Shown here: positions 28,004 to 37,573 of the stretch, in pieces
Numbering within the stretch: position 1 is the first letter of the stretch
How the letters are laid out: each line of letters begins with the position of its first letter
Virus record (IMG/VR): IMGVR_UViG_3300034682_000252
Span: 1-64,000 of that record
Direction: 5' to 3' (one strand)
DNA from: a virus
DNA length: 64,000 nt
Made by a program: the position numbers and the translations under genes
The notes under the pieces: generated by a model
What the model was told of the DNA's origin: nothing
Seen by the model: only the letters and a program-made list of their open reading frames with translations
Database searches by the model: none

Positions 28004-28393
28004 ATGATACCCACCATGACCCCCGAGTTTTTGCAGCAGTTGGCGCTATCCACCCTGCTGGCCGAACGCAGCGAAGAACAGGGGACCGACTACGAAGAAG
28101 GCACCTATGAGCAAGGGGTGCGGGACACCCTGCAATGGGTGGCCGGCATCCTTTCCGCCCCGCCTCACGCAGCAAGCGAATACCCGGAGCTGGCGCTCCC
28201 CCTGGAGGTCATCAGGGAGCACCTGGCGAACCACGGCACCGTCGAGTTCATGCACCTCCTATCGGGCCTCAAGAAAGCCGGGTGCCCCACCCTGGGCCCC
28301 ACCTGCCGGGGCTGCCCGGACTGCGCCGGGCCAGTGATGAGTGATGCCGACTACCAAGCAATGCTTGGCGATTCCAAACCCACCGAAGTTTGA
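28004..28393 (+). CDS. Hypothetical protein (CxxCxxC)
   Basis: AGGA RBS. Confidence 0.7.
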   Translation: MIPTMTPEFLQQLALSTLLAERSEEQGTDYEEGTYEQGVRDTLQWVAGILSAPPHAASEYPELALPLEVIREHLANHGTVEFMHLLSGLKKAGCPTLGPTCRGCPDCAGPVMSDADYQAMLGDSKPTEV

Positions 28394-28409
28394 CCAGGAG
28401 AAACCCAGA

Positions 28410-28733
28410 ATGACCACTTCCGCTGTTATCGCCCTCACACCCGAGGCGCTGAATGTTCTGTTCCCCGAGAGGAAGCTGTGCGCCCACTTCGGCGACCACG
28501 CCAACGGAGTCGGCCGCAATCGCTTCATCCTCACCCAAGACATAAAGGACCGCATCAGGGAGGCCGTCCAGGCGGAAGTACGCCTCAAAGAGGTGGCCGC
28601 AACCACCGCCCGCACCGCCGTTTACAACGTCCTCAAGTCCGAACTGGTCAGCGTCACCCAGCAGGAGCTGGAAGCGCGGGCGGCCGCCCTCAAAGCCGGG
28701 ATCAGCAAGTCACCCGCGGAGCATCAACAATGA
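28410..28733 (+). CDS. Hypothetical protein
   Basis: AGGAG RBS before ATG 28410. Confidence 0.7.
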   Translation: MTTSAVIALTPEALNVLFPERKLCAHFGDHANGVGRNRFILTQDIKDRIREAVQAEVRLKEVAATTARTAVYNVLKSELVSVTQQELEARAAALKAGISKSPAEHQQ

Positions 28734-29632
28734 TCACCACTACCATCCTCTATCACAACGACGCTGACGGGTTCGCTTCTGCCCTGGCCGCCTGGTTGCG
28801 CTACGGTAACAACGCCCACTATATCGAGGTTGCCTATGGTAAGCCGGTCCCCACCATCCCGGCCGGCACCGTCGATCTCTTCATCCTGGATTTCAGCTAC
28901 TCCCGCGAGGTGTGTGACCTGCTGGCCTCCCAGTACCGGCTGGTGGTCCTGGACCACCACAAGACCGCCCAGGCCGCCCTGGCTGATGCTCCCTACGCCA
29001 TCTTTGACATGAGCAAGGCCGGCTGTGAGCTCGCCTGGGAGCACTTCTTTCCGGCCGAGCCGCTGCCGGAGCTGCTGGCCTACGTGGCCGATCGTGACTT
29101 GTGGCTCTGGGAGCTCCCCCTCTCCAAGGAGGTGAACGCCTGGATCTCCACCCTGCCCAAGCGGTTTGATGAGTGGGCGCTCTCCCTTCGCAGCGGGATC
29201 AACCAGGGCATGGTGATGTGCGGCCAGGCTGTTCTGGCCAATCAGGCCAACTTGCTGGAGATCATGGCGAGTGGCGCCAAGTTCATCGAGATCGCCGGCT
29301 TGCCCGCCGTGGTGGTGAACAGCACCCAGGCGCTGCACTCCGAACTGGCCGATTTTCTGGGCCAGCGCTTCCCCGGAGCTGCCGTCGTGGCCATCTACCA
29401 GGACCAGGGGAACGGCACCCGCAAATACTCGCTGCGCACCACCAGCCCCGATGTGGATGTGAGCGCCATTGCTCGCCAGTACGGCGGCGGCGGTCACCGC
29501 AAGGCGGCCGGGTTTGAGTTGCCGCCCTACAGCTACCCGTCCGAGCTCTGCATGGGTGGCGAACTGAGCCGCGCCCTGGAGTCCATGAATCACATGGAGC
29601 AGATGATTAATCTTAGAGGGGGGAAGGTATGA
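28730..29632 (+). CDS. DHH/DHHA1 phosphoesterase
   Basis: YHNDADG, LDFS, LDHH, DRDLW, GGGGHRKAAG. Confidence 0.9.
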   Translation: MITTTILYHNDADGFASALAAWLRYGNNAHYIEVAYGKPVPTIPAGTVDLFILDFSYSREVCDLLASQYRLVVLDHHKTAQAALADAPYAIFDMSKAGCELAWEHFFPAEPLPELLAYVADRDLWLWELPLSKEVNAWISTLPKRFDEWALSLRSGINQGMVMCGQAVLANQANLLEIMASGAKFIEIAGLPAVVVNSTQALHSELADFLGQRFPGAAVVAIYQDQGNGTRKYSLRTTSPDVDVSAIARQYGGGGHRKAAGFELPPYSYPSELCMGGELSRALESMNHMEQMINLRGGKV

Positions 29633-30279
29633 GCCCCCTCGAGCAAGACACCCCACCAGCCCTGGTGAAGGCCATCAAGCCAGCCGTGGCCTGGAAGGTG
29701 GATGACGGCGAGCACAGCAAGATCGTGTTTCATCATCACGGCCTGGCCGCCCGCCGTGAGGGGGCCAACGAGCTGGATGTGGAGTTTGAGCTCGCCATCT
29801 GCACCCGGGCGCGGGAGTTCGACCAGTACGCCAGCCTGGGCGAAGTGCCCACCCAAGTGCTGCTCGATGCCGGCTGGTTCTTCTACTGCCACTATTGTGA
29901 CGCGACCGTGCGCCAGGACGACGACAGCGACGAGGAGCGCGGGCCGCTGGTGGTCGATGGGGATTCCGTCTATTGCAGCCAGGCTTGCCAGGACAACCTG
30001 GCGGCCGAACGGGCCAGGCTGGACAGCAATTTCGCCCGGTTCAAGGAGTCCGTGATCGCACTGCGCCCGGATCTGACCTTCACCTCCTGGCACGGGGGCT
30101 ACCCCATGGCAACCTGCCGCGCTCACTTCCGCTTCCCTGGGAGCGACTACACCGGCACCATTCTTGATTTTGCGGACGGCAGGGGCTTGCTCTGGTCCAT
30201 CCCCAAGGCAGATATGGCGGCCTGGGAAGCCTATGAAGCCACGCGAACTGGCGCGAACAAGGAGCAACCCCATGGCTAA
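29629..30279 (+). CDS. Hypothetical Zn-binding phage protein
   Basis: CHYC...YCSQAC; translationally coupled. Confidence 0.75.
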   Translation: MSPLEQDTPPALVKAIKPAVAWKVDDGEHSKIVFHHHGLAARREGANELDVEFELAICTRAREFDQYASLGEVPTQVLLDAGWFFYCHYCDATVRQDDDSDEERGPLVVDGDSVYCSQACQDNLAAERARLDSNFARFKESVIALRPDLTFTSWHGGYPMATCRAHFRFPGSDYTGTILDFADGRGLLWSIPKADMAAWEAYEATRTGANKEQPHG

Positions 30280-30892
30280 GAAACCCGATCCCGTGCTCGC
30301 CGCGCTCACGCTGTACGAGCAGAAGAATGCTTTCATCCGTCGGCTTATCAACCCCCTGCCGGATCCGGCCTACGCCACGGACGCCCACTTTATGAACCTG
30401 GAGGGAATGCTGGAGAGCTACCGGCGCGACTGGGGGCTGAACCTGGCCCCCGACTTCCAGCGCGGCCACGTCTGGACCAAGGCCCAACGGGTCGCCTATG
30501 TCGAGGGGATCTTGCGGGGGACCGTTGGGGAGAGCCAGCGCATCATCCAGTTCAACGCGCCCCACTGGGAGGACACCAATTATGCCGGCGAGCTGCCGAG
30601 AGAGATCCAGATAGTGGACGGCCTCCAGCGCCTGACCACCGTTCGCCAGTACCTGGCCGGCGAGTTGAAGATCTTTGGTGGCCTGACCGTGGGGGACTTT
30701 GACGGCTCGAGTTACAGCGCCAGGATGGGAATTTACCGATTCAGGGTAAACATCCACACCTTCGCCACCCGCCAGGCGCTGCTGCGCTACTACCTCGAGA
30801 TCAACAGCGGCGGCACCCCGCACAGCAAAGCCGAGATCAAGCGGGTGCAGGCCCTGCTGGTGGCCGCTACCGAGACAAGGAACAACCCATGA
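30272..30892 (+). CDS. Stand-alone DUF262 (ParB/Srx-fold) protein
   Basis: PDFQRGHVW and IVDGLQRLTT motifs. Confidence 0.85.
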   Translation: MAKKPDPVLAALTLYEQKNAFIRRLINPLPDPAYATDAHFMNLEGMLESYRRDWGLNLAPDFQRGHVWTKAQRVAYVEGILRGTVGESQRIIQFNAPHWEDTNYAGELPREIQIVDGLQRLTTVRQYLAGELKIFGGLTVGDFDGSSYSARMGIYRFRVNIHTFATRQALLRYYLEINSGGTPHSKAEIKRVQALLVAATETRNNP

Positions 30893-31119
30893 GCACCACC
30901 GAACAAACCCCCCACGTCACTACCCTTACCTGCATCAGGGAGGGCGAGATCGAGAGCATCAAGCTGGGCCAGACATTCCAGGTGCTGACCGAAGATCAAC
31001 GCAACTGGGAGATAGAGGCGGACGGAGAGCGCTACCTCGTCAGCAAGATCACCAGCCAGGTGCGCTACTACTGGGATTCGCCCTGGCTCACCACCAGCGA
31101 GCAAGGAGACAAGGCATGA
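30889..31119 (+). CDS. Hypothetical protein
   Basis: ATGA-coupled. Confidence 0.65.
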   Translation: MSTTEQTPHVTTLTCIREGEIESIKLGQTFQVLTEDQRNWEIEADGERYLVSKITSQVRYYWDSPWLTTSEQGDKA

Positions 31120-31391
31120 CCATGCTGACCTGGCTGCGCCTTCGGGTGAAGTGGTGGGTTGCCGGCCGGGAACTGGCCGAGCTGCGCCGCTGGCAAGTGC
31201 AATGGCATCTGTACCGGCGCTGGCTGGCCGAGTTCCAGGACGTGGGGGAAGCAATGGACAGCCTACAGGCCGCCGCCAAGGGTGAGGGGCTGAATAGCTG
31301 CCTGCCGGCGCACGGGGATGGCCCCTGGTCGGTGGAGGCACTGAGGGACAGACTACGGGCCAGGCGCGACCGGCCAGACAGAGCAGCATAA
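31116..31391 (+). CDS. Hypothetical protein
   Basis: ATGA-coupled; terminator follows. Confidence 0.65.
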   Translation: MTMLTWLRLRVKWWVAGRELAELRRWQVQWHLYRRWLAEFQDVGEAMDSLQAAAKGEGLNSCLPAHGDGPWSVEALRDRLRARRDRPDRAA

Positions 31392-31396
31392 ACACC

Positions 31397-31420
31397 AGGG
31401 CGCCACAAGGGCGCCCTTTC
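31397..31420 (+). terminator. Intrinsic terminator
   Basis: AGGGCGCC-acaag-GGCGCCCTTT. Confidence 0.7.
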
Positions 31421-31529
31421 TACGCCCGTCGCGGGCTCCTATTTAACATATAAGGGTCAGTCACGCGGTTCAGCATCTGGTCGGCCAGGCTGTAACAACG
31501 TGGCTTTTTTGTCTCATTCTGTCACATGG

Positions 31530-32651
31530 CTACCGTTTTCCAGCCCTACGGCGGGCCATGGCCGATTCGCCGGCCAGAATGTCACGGCAATAGCGGATCA
31601 CCATGCGCTCACTGGTCCAGCGGCCGGCCTGCATGATCTCCAGAGTGTTGTATCCCTCGGCTGCCAGATCCTGGGAGGCGCCCACCCGGGCGGAGTGCCC
31701 AGACCAGCGCGGGATACCCAGGCGCTCGAGATCCAGCTCCATCCACGCCTTGGCGAAGATCTTCTCTACCGTATCCACCGACAGCGGGCCGCCAGCATAG
31801 GCCGGCTTGTTGTGCTTGGTGACCTTGCCGAACAGTTGATCGCCCCCCTCCAGCTTGCGGCCGGCCGCCTCCAGGTACTCCAGGATCAGCCGCATAGCCT
31901 GGCGCGACAGCGGCGCTTTGTCCGGTTCGCCTGAGTGGTTCGTCTTGGTGATGGGGATGGTCAGCACGGCGGTCCCGTCGGGATTGAGCTTGATGTGCTG
32001 GCAGCGAATACGGGCCACCTCGGACGCCCGCAGCAGCGTTTCATAGGCCACTACCAGGAGCGCCAGATCCCGCTTGCGCACCAGGAACGGGGATTGCCCC
32101 CACAGCTCCACCAGGTTATCGAGGTGAACCTCCCGCAGCGCGGAGGCCTGGTCGATCGTCTCCTCGGCCTTCACCTTGGCCCGCACCAGGGCGGCAAAGG
32201 TCCCCTGTAGCCGCTCGTCGGTGGTCGGGTCCGGGCAGCCGGCCGCCCGGTGAACCCGCCCAATGGCCCAGCGGTCAATCGCCAGGGTGTTGCGGTGGAC
32301 GCTGGTGGCCCGCTCGGTCAAGTAGGCTTCCACGTCGGCCACGTCGGCCGGAAGCGGTGACCGGTCACCAGAACTGGCGCACCAGGCCGCGAACCGGGAC
32401 CAGGCGCCGGTGAGGGATTCAATGGTCCGCTCGGAGTAGCGGCCGGCCCGCACCTGGAATTCCTCCAGGAACTGGGCGATGGCCTCCTGGATGCGCGGGT
32501 GTCGGTCGATGCGATGGCCATGCAGGCGAGCGCGGCGGATCAGCTCGCCCAAGTCGCTCGGGGTGAAGGCGTCGAGATCGAGTTGGTCGATAGTGGCGGT
32601 GAGTTCGGCCGGTAACATCTTGTCGCCGGCGAAGATGGCAAGTTGAGTCAT
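31530..32651 (-). CDS. cre: Cre-family tyrosine recombinase (VCre-like)
   Basis: Catalytic motifs LLRASE, TKT, HSARVG, GRW, RY; segments such as HRAAGCPDP and LTIPITKTNHSGEPD recall VCre. Confidence 0.9.
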   Translation of the reverse strand: MTQLAIFAGDKMLPAELTATIDQLDLDAFTPSDLGELIRRARLHGHRIDRHPRIQEAIAQFLEEFQVRAGRYSERTIESLTGAWSRFAAWCASSGDRSPLPADVADVEAYLTERATSVHRNTLAIDRWAIGRVHRAAGCPDPTTDERLQGTFAALVRAKVKAEETIDQASALREVHLDNLVELWGQSPFLVRKRDLALLVVAYETLLRASEVARIRCQHIKLNPDGTAVLTIPITKTNHSGEPDKAPLSRQAMRLILEYLEAAGRKLEGGDQLFGKVTKHNKPAYAGGPLSVDTVEKIFAKAWMELDLERLGIPRWSGHSARVGASQDLAAEGYNTLEIMQAGRWTSERMVIRYCRDILAGESAMARRRAGKR

Positions 32652-32707
32652 GGGAAAGGGTCTTTTCTAGTTGTTTGGGCGCGTCGGTGAGTATAGCCCC
32701 ATTTGCA

Positions 32708-32741
32708 TCAATTCGGAATAATTGTCATTAGTCCGAATTGA
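32708..32741. other. lox-type recombination site (13-8-13)
   Basis: TCAATTCGGAATA-ATTGTCAT-TAGTCCGAATTGA; arms 12/13 complementary; 56 bp upstream of the recombinase start. Confidence 0.85.
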
Positions 32742-32985
32742 TAATTTATGGAAATCGCCAGGTGGTGAGTGCTGGTTTTTTGAAAATCAGCAATGGTACT
32801 CAATGGCGACCCGAAATAAGGGGCGATTGTTGCAACCATCAGGAAAGGGTGGAGTTTTTGATCAAGACATGATCAAGGTAATTTTAAGACCCATAGCAAT
32901 CCTTGCCACTCGCTGAATATGCTGCGAAAATCGCGGCCTAGAAAAAATAACAAGCACGTCGAACTAAATCAGGCGGGATAATGTA

Positions 32986-33240
32986 ATGGCAAGCCAGTTC
33001 TCACTCTCAACAGTGGTTAATCACACGGAATTTATATACTCACCCGCCACGGCGTCAACGCCAGCAAAATTCGAACTGCCAGCCAACATAGATGATGTTG
33101 TGGCAGTTTGTGGGGGCCACGACGACCTATCAGCCTGGATTGTTTATCAGTTCGCCATCCCCAGCGACTATAACGACCAGCTAGAAACAATCCAGCAACT
33201 CTTTATTTCAGCCATGCAGGAACGGCGCCATGGACGATAG
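32986..33240 (+). CDS. Small acidic protein, possible Coi-like C1 inactivator
   Basis: FELPANIDDV..C recalls the P1 Coi N-terminus; upstream of c1 on the same strand. Confidence 0.5.
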   Translation: MASQFSLSTVVNHTEFIYSPATASTPAKFELPANIDDVVAVCGGHDDLSAWIVYQFAIPSDYNDQLETIQQLFISAMQERRHGR

Positions 33241-33571
33241 CCTAACCCCACTGGAGGCCCGCCGGCAGAGTCGGGATCGCCTCATCCAAGCCGTCAGGGT
33301 CACGCTGACCGGCGCGGCGGCTGGCTGGTTGGCGGGCAGGATCACGCTCGAGCCGGCAACTTTAGTCGCAGCCGGCGCGATGTTGATTCTCGTTCCACTC
33401 AACTTCCTAACGGCAAGCCCTGTCCGCCCATTTGTGCGCATCATGGGGGCCACCGTCGCCACCATGGCGGTACATAGTCTGATCGAACCGGGATACTTTA
33501 GTGCCTGTTTGGCCATTTTATGGCTTGTTATTGCTGCTTTCGCGATCAATAGCCACCTAACCCGCCAGTAA
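33230..33571 (+). CDS. Small multi-TM membrane protein in the immunity region
   Basis: Three to four hydrophobic segments. Confidence 0.6.
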   Translation: MDDSLTPLEARRQSRDRLIQAVRVTLTGAAAGWLAGRITLEPATLVAAGAMLILVPLNFLTASPVRPFVRIMGATVATMAVHSLIEPGYFSACLAILWLVIAAFAINSHLTRQ

Positions 33572-33774
33572 TATGCCTTTGAAATGCGTGTAATCAGCCA
33601 GGGCCCCCGCCCTGGCCGCTCCTCCCCTTCATACCGCCCCCTCGTTCAGGTATTGATCTGAGTCCCCTGTCACTTCCTAAGCTATGCCGCATTGACTTGA
33701 ACAGTCCTTTTGTGAGCTACTATGATGGCACCAATTATTTAAACCCCCCCGTAAAAGAGAAGGCGGTCAACGTT

Positions 33775-34614
33775 ATGGCAGTAGATATTTCCCGGTACGA
33801 AAAGTTCTTGGAAGTCCGCAATAACGCAACAAAAATAATTCAGCGTCATTCTATTCACCACGAATTGAAAGGCGATGACGAGAGCGGGCACTATTCAAAA
33901 TTGGATGGCGGCAAGGCAAGTGACACCCTGCCACCCACAGAGAGCGCACGTAATAAAAATGATGATGCCGAGCAAAATATTACAGTGCGCCACGTTGGCG
34001 TTATTACAGATAAGGATGAATTACTTAATTTAAATCAATTTATTCAGCAGTGGCAGAATATGGCCAATGAATTAACCAAGGCTGACCCGCTCCGTTTCCC
34101 AAAGAATGCTGCCGTATTAGCACCGGTCCCCAGTATTATTTATGGTGTCCGCGCTATGTCAATTAGTGTTGGGCCAGCGACCACCAGCAAGAAATTTACC
34201 AAGCAAAGCATTCTGACCCGGTACGACAAAGCCATCAAAAAGGCGCTCCAGAGCGAGCGGGTGAGCCATAACAGCGCACTACGCCTCCAGCTCGAGCGAG
34301 AGCGGGCGTTATTGGTCGCGGACAGCGAAACCCACTACCGGATCCGCAATACATGCGGAACAGAGACAGTTTGCACCGTGACATATAACGACGGCACCAC
34401 GGACAAGGTGAGAGTCCCCCATGTTGGAGTGGCTTTTGCGGCCCCGTTTGGAGGCATTGAGATTAGAAAGCCGCGTGTAATGCGCCCTCGATCAGACCGT
34501 TTGGAGCTGATGGGCATTGAGCCGCTGGATTGTTCCCTGTCTGGCCTGTCTGGCTTTGTTTACCGCGAATCAGAGGTAATTACAGCAAGGGGGCGTCACG
34601 CACGGCGGAAATAA
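33775..34614 (+). CDS. c1: C1-like primary repressor
   Basis: IQQWQNMANELTKADPLRFPKNAAVLAPVPSIIYGVR aligns with the P1 C1 core; convergent with pacB as in P1. Confidence 0.8.
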   Translation: MAVDISRYEKFLEVRNNATKIIQRHSIHHELKGDDESGHYSKLDGGKASDTLPPTESARNKNDDAEQNITVRHVGVITDKDELLNLNQFIQQWQNMANELTKADPLRFPKNAAVLAPVPSIIYGVRAMSISVGPATTSKKFTKQSILTRYDKAIKKALQSERVSHNSALRLQLERERALLVADSETHYRIRNTCGTETVCTVTYNDGTTDKVRVPHVGVAFAAPFGGIEIRKPRVMRPRSDRLELMGIEPLDCSLSGLSGFVYRESEVITARGRHARRK

Positions 34615-34649
34615 CAAAAATTCATCAGCCATGGGGGCGGTTGTCATAT

Positions 34650-36155
34650 TTAGACGTCCTCCGCCACCAGCGCCTGCGCCCATCCTGCCAATGATTCTCG
34701 CTCAGCCACCATATCCGATGTAATGAGCATATTCGCCGGGATGTAGTCGGCCATCATGCTGAAACAGTAGGTATCCCACCGGTCGGGTGAGGGTAAGCCA
34801 AGTTTCTGCCGCATCGTCTCCTTGGGCATCATGCAGTTCTGACCCAGCTCGTTGAGCCTGCAGGGCATACGAGAGGCCTGGTCGAGGGTCTTTTCGTGCC
34901 CATCGAGGCGCATACGGCCGCTTCTCACCGCATCCCGGGCCATGATGTTGGCAAAGGCCCGTTTGTTGATGAAGCGCTTCTTATCCTCCTGGGAGAAGCA
35001 CGGTTGCCCCCACCGAATACGGATAACCTGGCGGCCGGCCTCTTCCAGGATCGTGGCTGTATCAGCCCCTACGCCGTCGCCATCCACAGCAAAGGTCACG
35101 TTGGGATACTGCTCGTTGGGGTACTCCGTGTTGAGCAGGCGGCCGTAATTCACCGGGTCGATAGTGCCGGCCCACTCCTTCACGCTCACTGGCACCACTC
35201 GCCGCTCGAATCGCTCCCCACTCACCCGCACCAGGTTGGCCACCGAGCTATCCCGGCCGTTCCCCACGTCCACCAGCACCAGCCAGCCCCAGCCTTTCGC
35301 CAGCTTGGGCTGGGCCCTGGTGGCCTTCTCGCAGTCATCCCGGGAGAGCAGGTATTCCGACGACGTGCGCGGGAACTCGCCCCGCACCTTGATCATGTAC
35401 TCGGGCGCGTCGCGGCTGCCGCCGTACTCGCGGATCTTGGACCGGATGAATGAGAGCTTTACCAGGGGGGACTGCTCAGAGCTCAACTTGATGGCCGTGT
35501 ACCCGTCCTTGTCACCGGGGTGGCGCTTCTTGAGCTTGTGGTGCGTATCGTAGAAGTAGCCGCTGGGGCGCGTTGGCTGGCTCAGGAGGAGGATCCGGTT
35601 GTCCTCCTCGGTCAGGGCACCGGTCATGACCCCGAACGCCTTGTCAGAGACGCCAGAGGCCTCGTCCACGATGTAGAACAGGTGCGCGGCGTGTTCGCCG
35701 GCGAGGGATTCCTCATTGCCGATACGGCAACCCTTGGGGGAGACGAACCAAACGCCCTTGCTGGACCGCTCGAAGAAGGTGGTTTCGGTCAGGACGAAGT
35801 ATTGCTCTACCCAGGGGTGACGCCGGCACAGCTCGCGATAGTTGATCTTGAGGTACTTCCAGACCACCGTCTGCACCTGGCTTATCTTGTTCGCCACCAC
35901 AATGACGCGAGCGCCCGGGAAGCAGAGCATGAAGATCAGGATCATGATGGATGTCATGTCAGACTTGCCGGTACCGTGACCAGAGGAGACGGAGGTTTTG
36001 GCCCCTGTCTCCTGGGCAGAGTCCAGGATCAGGGCCTGCTGCCAGGTCGGTTCCTTGCCGAACAGCTCCACGGCGGCCGTGGTCCAGTCATAGCGGTACC
36101 GCTTCACCAGGTCGAGGTAACGGGGGTCCTTGGTTATCGAGCGGATACGCCCCAT
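34650..36155 (-). CDS. pacB: Terminase large subunit
   Basis: Walker A SGHGTGKS, Walker B IVDEAS, nuclease VDVG...SPDRWD. Confidence 0.95.
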   Translation of the reverse strand: MGRIRSITKDPRYLDLVKRYRYDWTTAAVELFGKEPTWQQALILDSAQETGAKTSVSSGHGTGKSDMTSIMILIFMLCFPGARVIVVANKISQVQTVVWKYLKINYRELCRRHPWVEQYFVLTETTFFERSSKGVWFVSPKGCRIGNEESLAGEHAAHLFYIVDEASGVSDKAFGVMTGALTEEDNRILLLSQPTRPSGYFYDTHHKLKKRHPGDKDGYTAIKLSSEQSPLVKLSFIRSKIREYGGSRDAPEYMIKVRGEFPRTSSEYLLSRDDCEKATRAQPKLAKGWGWLVLVDVGNGRDSSVANLVRVSGERFERRVVPVSVKEWAGTIDPVNYGRLLNTEYPNEQYPNVTFAVDGDGVGADTATILEEAGRQVIRIRWGQPCFSQEDKKRFINKRAFANIMARDAVRSGRMRLDGHEKTLDQASRMPCRLNELGQNCMMPKETMRQKLGLPSPDRWDTYCFSMMADYIPANMLITSDMVAERESLAGWAQALVAEDV

Positions 36156-37573
36156 TACTCGGCCTCCCAGGATTCTTCATCCCAGTCGCCCGGTTGCGGG
36201 TCGTCATCGAGCGGAAGCGCATCGTCAGGGTGCCAACTGCCATCGTCGCCGGCGAGGATAAGCTCCCCCTCCTGGGCGTCTTTCTTAAAGGCCGCCTCTC
36301 CCAGCAGCTCGCCAGCCTGGTGCGCGGCCTCCTCGGCGATGATGCCCGAAATCTCCTCGTTGCGACCTGACAACCACTCCCCAGTCTGGACGCGCATCTT
36401 CTCCCGGTACGCCCTGGACTCTCGCTCCAACTCCTCTTCGGTGATGCCGCTACCCTGCTCGGCCCGGGGCTCCAGCCACGAGATTTCCTTGATCATTTCG
36501 GCATGGAGGGCATCCGGCAGATCGATACCCTCCCGGTTGAACAGGGTGGCCGTCTCGATGGCGGTCAGGCCTTCCTGGTTGCGGAGCTCCAGCAGCTCGG
36601 CCGTGCGGGCGATACGCTGGGCCAGGGAGAGGGGGTGGCGGCTCCACTCAGCCAGGGCCAGCTTGCGGCGCTCAAGCTCCAGCTTTTCACTGTCCATTGC
36701 GAGCTTGATGTAGGTGGCTTTCTGGCGGTGTATCGACTTCTCAAGTTCGGTGATGGGCTGGCTAGTCCCAAACTCTACTTGCATCAGCGCCTGCTCTTTG
36801 GGCATGGCGGCGCCGTTGTCATCGAGCCAGGGGCCACCCTTGCTGTAGTCCTTGCGGATCTTCTGCAGCGCCTCGCCCCGGGTTTTATACATGCCAGCCA
36901 GGCGGGCCCGGGCGAGTGTCAGCTCGTCGTCTGCATACTCATCCGAGGAAACCATCTCCAGCACCTCGGGATCAATCCCGAACTGGGAGGCATACCGCCC
37001 AAGCAGGACGTTACGGGCGCCGCCGCGCCGGTTTTTTGGGCGCGTCGGCGTTTGATCCTCAGAATTTCCCAGGTACTCGCCGACCACCACGCTCTCGCCT
37101 GCGCCCTCCCCCCTGGCCTGATCTGATCTACCCCCCTTTTTCGCTGCACCCCGCGTCGCGGCTGGCTTTGCGCTCCCTGCCGCTCGCTTTCGCTGCTGAT
37201 CAGGCGATGTGCTCCCGCTCGATGTAATAGGTTGATCAGCGGCCCTCCCACCACCTGATCTGATCACATGATCAGGCCCTCCCTTGGCATCCTTGGCCGC
37301 CTTCTCCTCGCGCTTCTCGGTGACCATCTTGCGCACTTCCCGGCGCACCACCTTACCCATTTTCAGGCCGGCGCCCTGGGCCCCCTCGGCGGTCGCCCTG
37401 GCCGCTGCCCCCTTGGCCTCCAGGGCAGCCGCGACCGCAGCCCCCATCGAGCGGCGGGCCGAATTTCTGTTCAAATCATTGGCAAGGGCGTACTCCACCA
37501 GACTCATAGAGTCGGCGAAGTGATCAACGTAGTTGTTGATATGGAATTGCCAGTCGAAAGTTGCCTTTGCCAA
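36155..37573 (-). CDS. pacA: Terminase small subunit
   Basis: N-terminal HTH (EYALANDLNRNSARR); coupled to pacB; TTG start. Confidence 0.8.
   Translation of the reverse strand: MAKATFDWQFHINNYVDHFADSMSLVEYALANDLNRNSARRSMGAAVAAALEAKGAAARATAEGAQGAGLKMGKVVRREVRKMVTEKREEKAAKDAKGGPDHVIRSGGGRAADQPITSSGSTSPDQQRKRAAGSAKPAATRGAAKKGGRSDQARGEGAGESVVVGEYLGNSEDQTPTRPKNRRGGARNVLLGRYASQFGIDPEVLEMVSSDEYADDELTLARARLAGMYKTRGEALQKIRKDYSKGGPWLDDNGAAMPKEQALMQVEFGTSQPITELEKSIHRQKATYIKLAMDSEKLELERRKLALAEWSRHPLSLAQRIARTAELLELRNQEGLTAIETATLFNREGIDLPDALHAEMIKEISWLEPRAEQGSGITEEELERESRAYREKMRVQTGEWLSGRNEEISGIIAEEAAHQAGELLGEAAFKKDAQEGELILAGDDGSWHPDDALPLDDDPQPGDWDEESWEAE
37119..37274. other. Putative pac site
   Basis: Seven TGATC(A/T) hexamers at 37119, 37124, 37197, 37233, 37256, 37261, 37269 inside pacA. 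Confidence 0.7.

Noticed and set aside
30272-30892. Complete GmrSD/SspE restriction system
   Set aside because: No DUF1524/HNH partner nearby.
35520-36713. 397-aa plus-strand ORF over pacB/pacA
   Set aside because: Antisense shadow of well-supported terminase genes.
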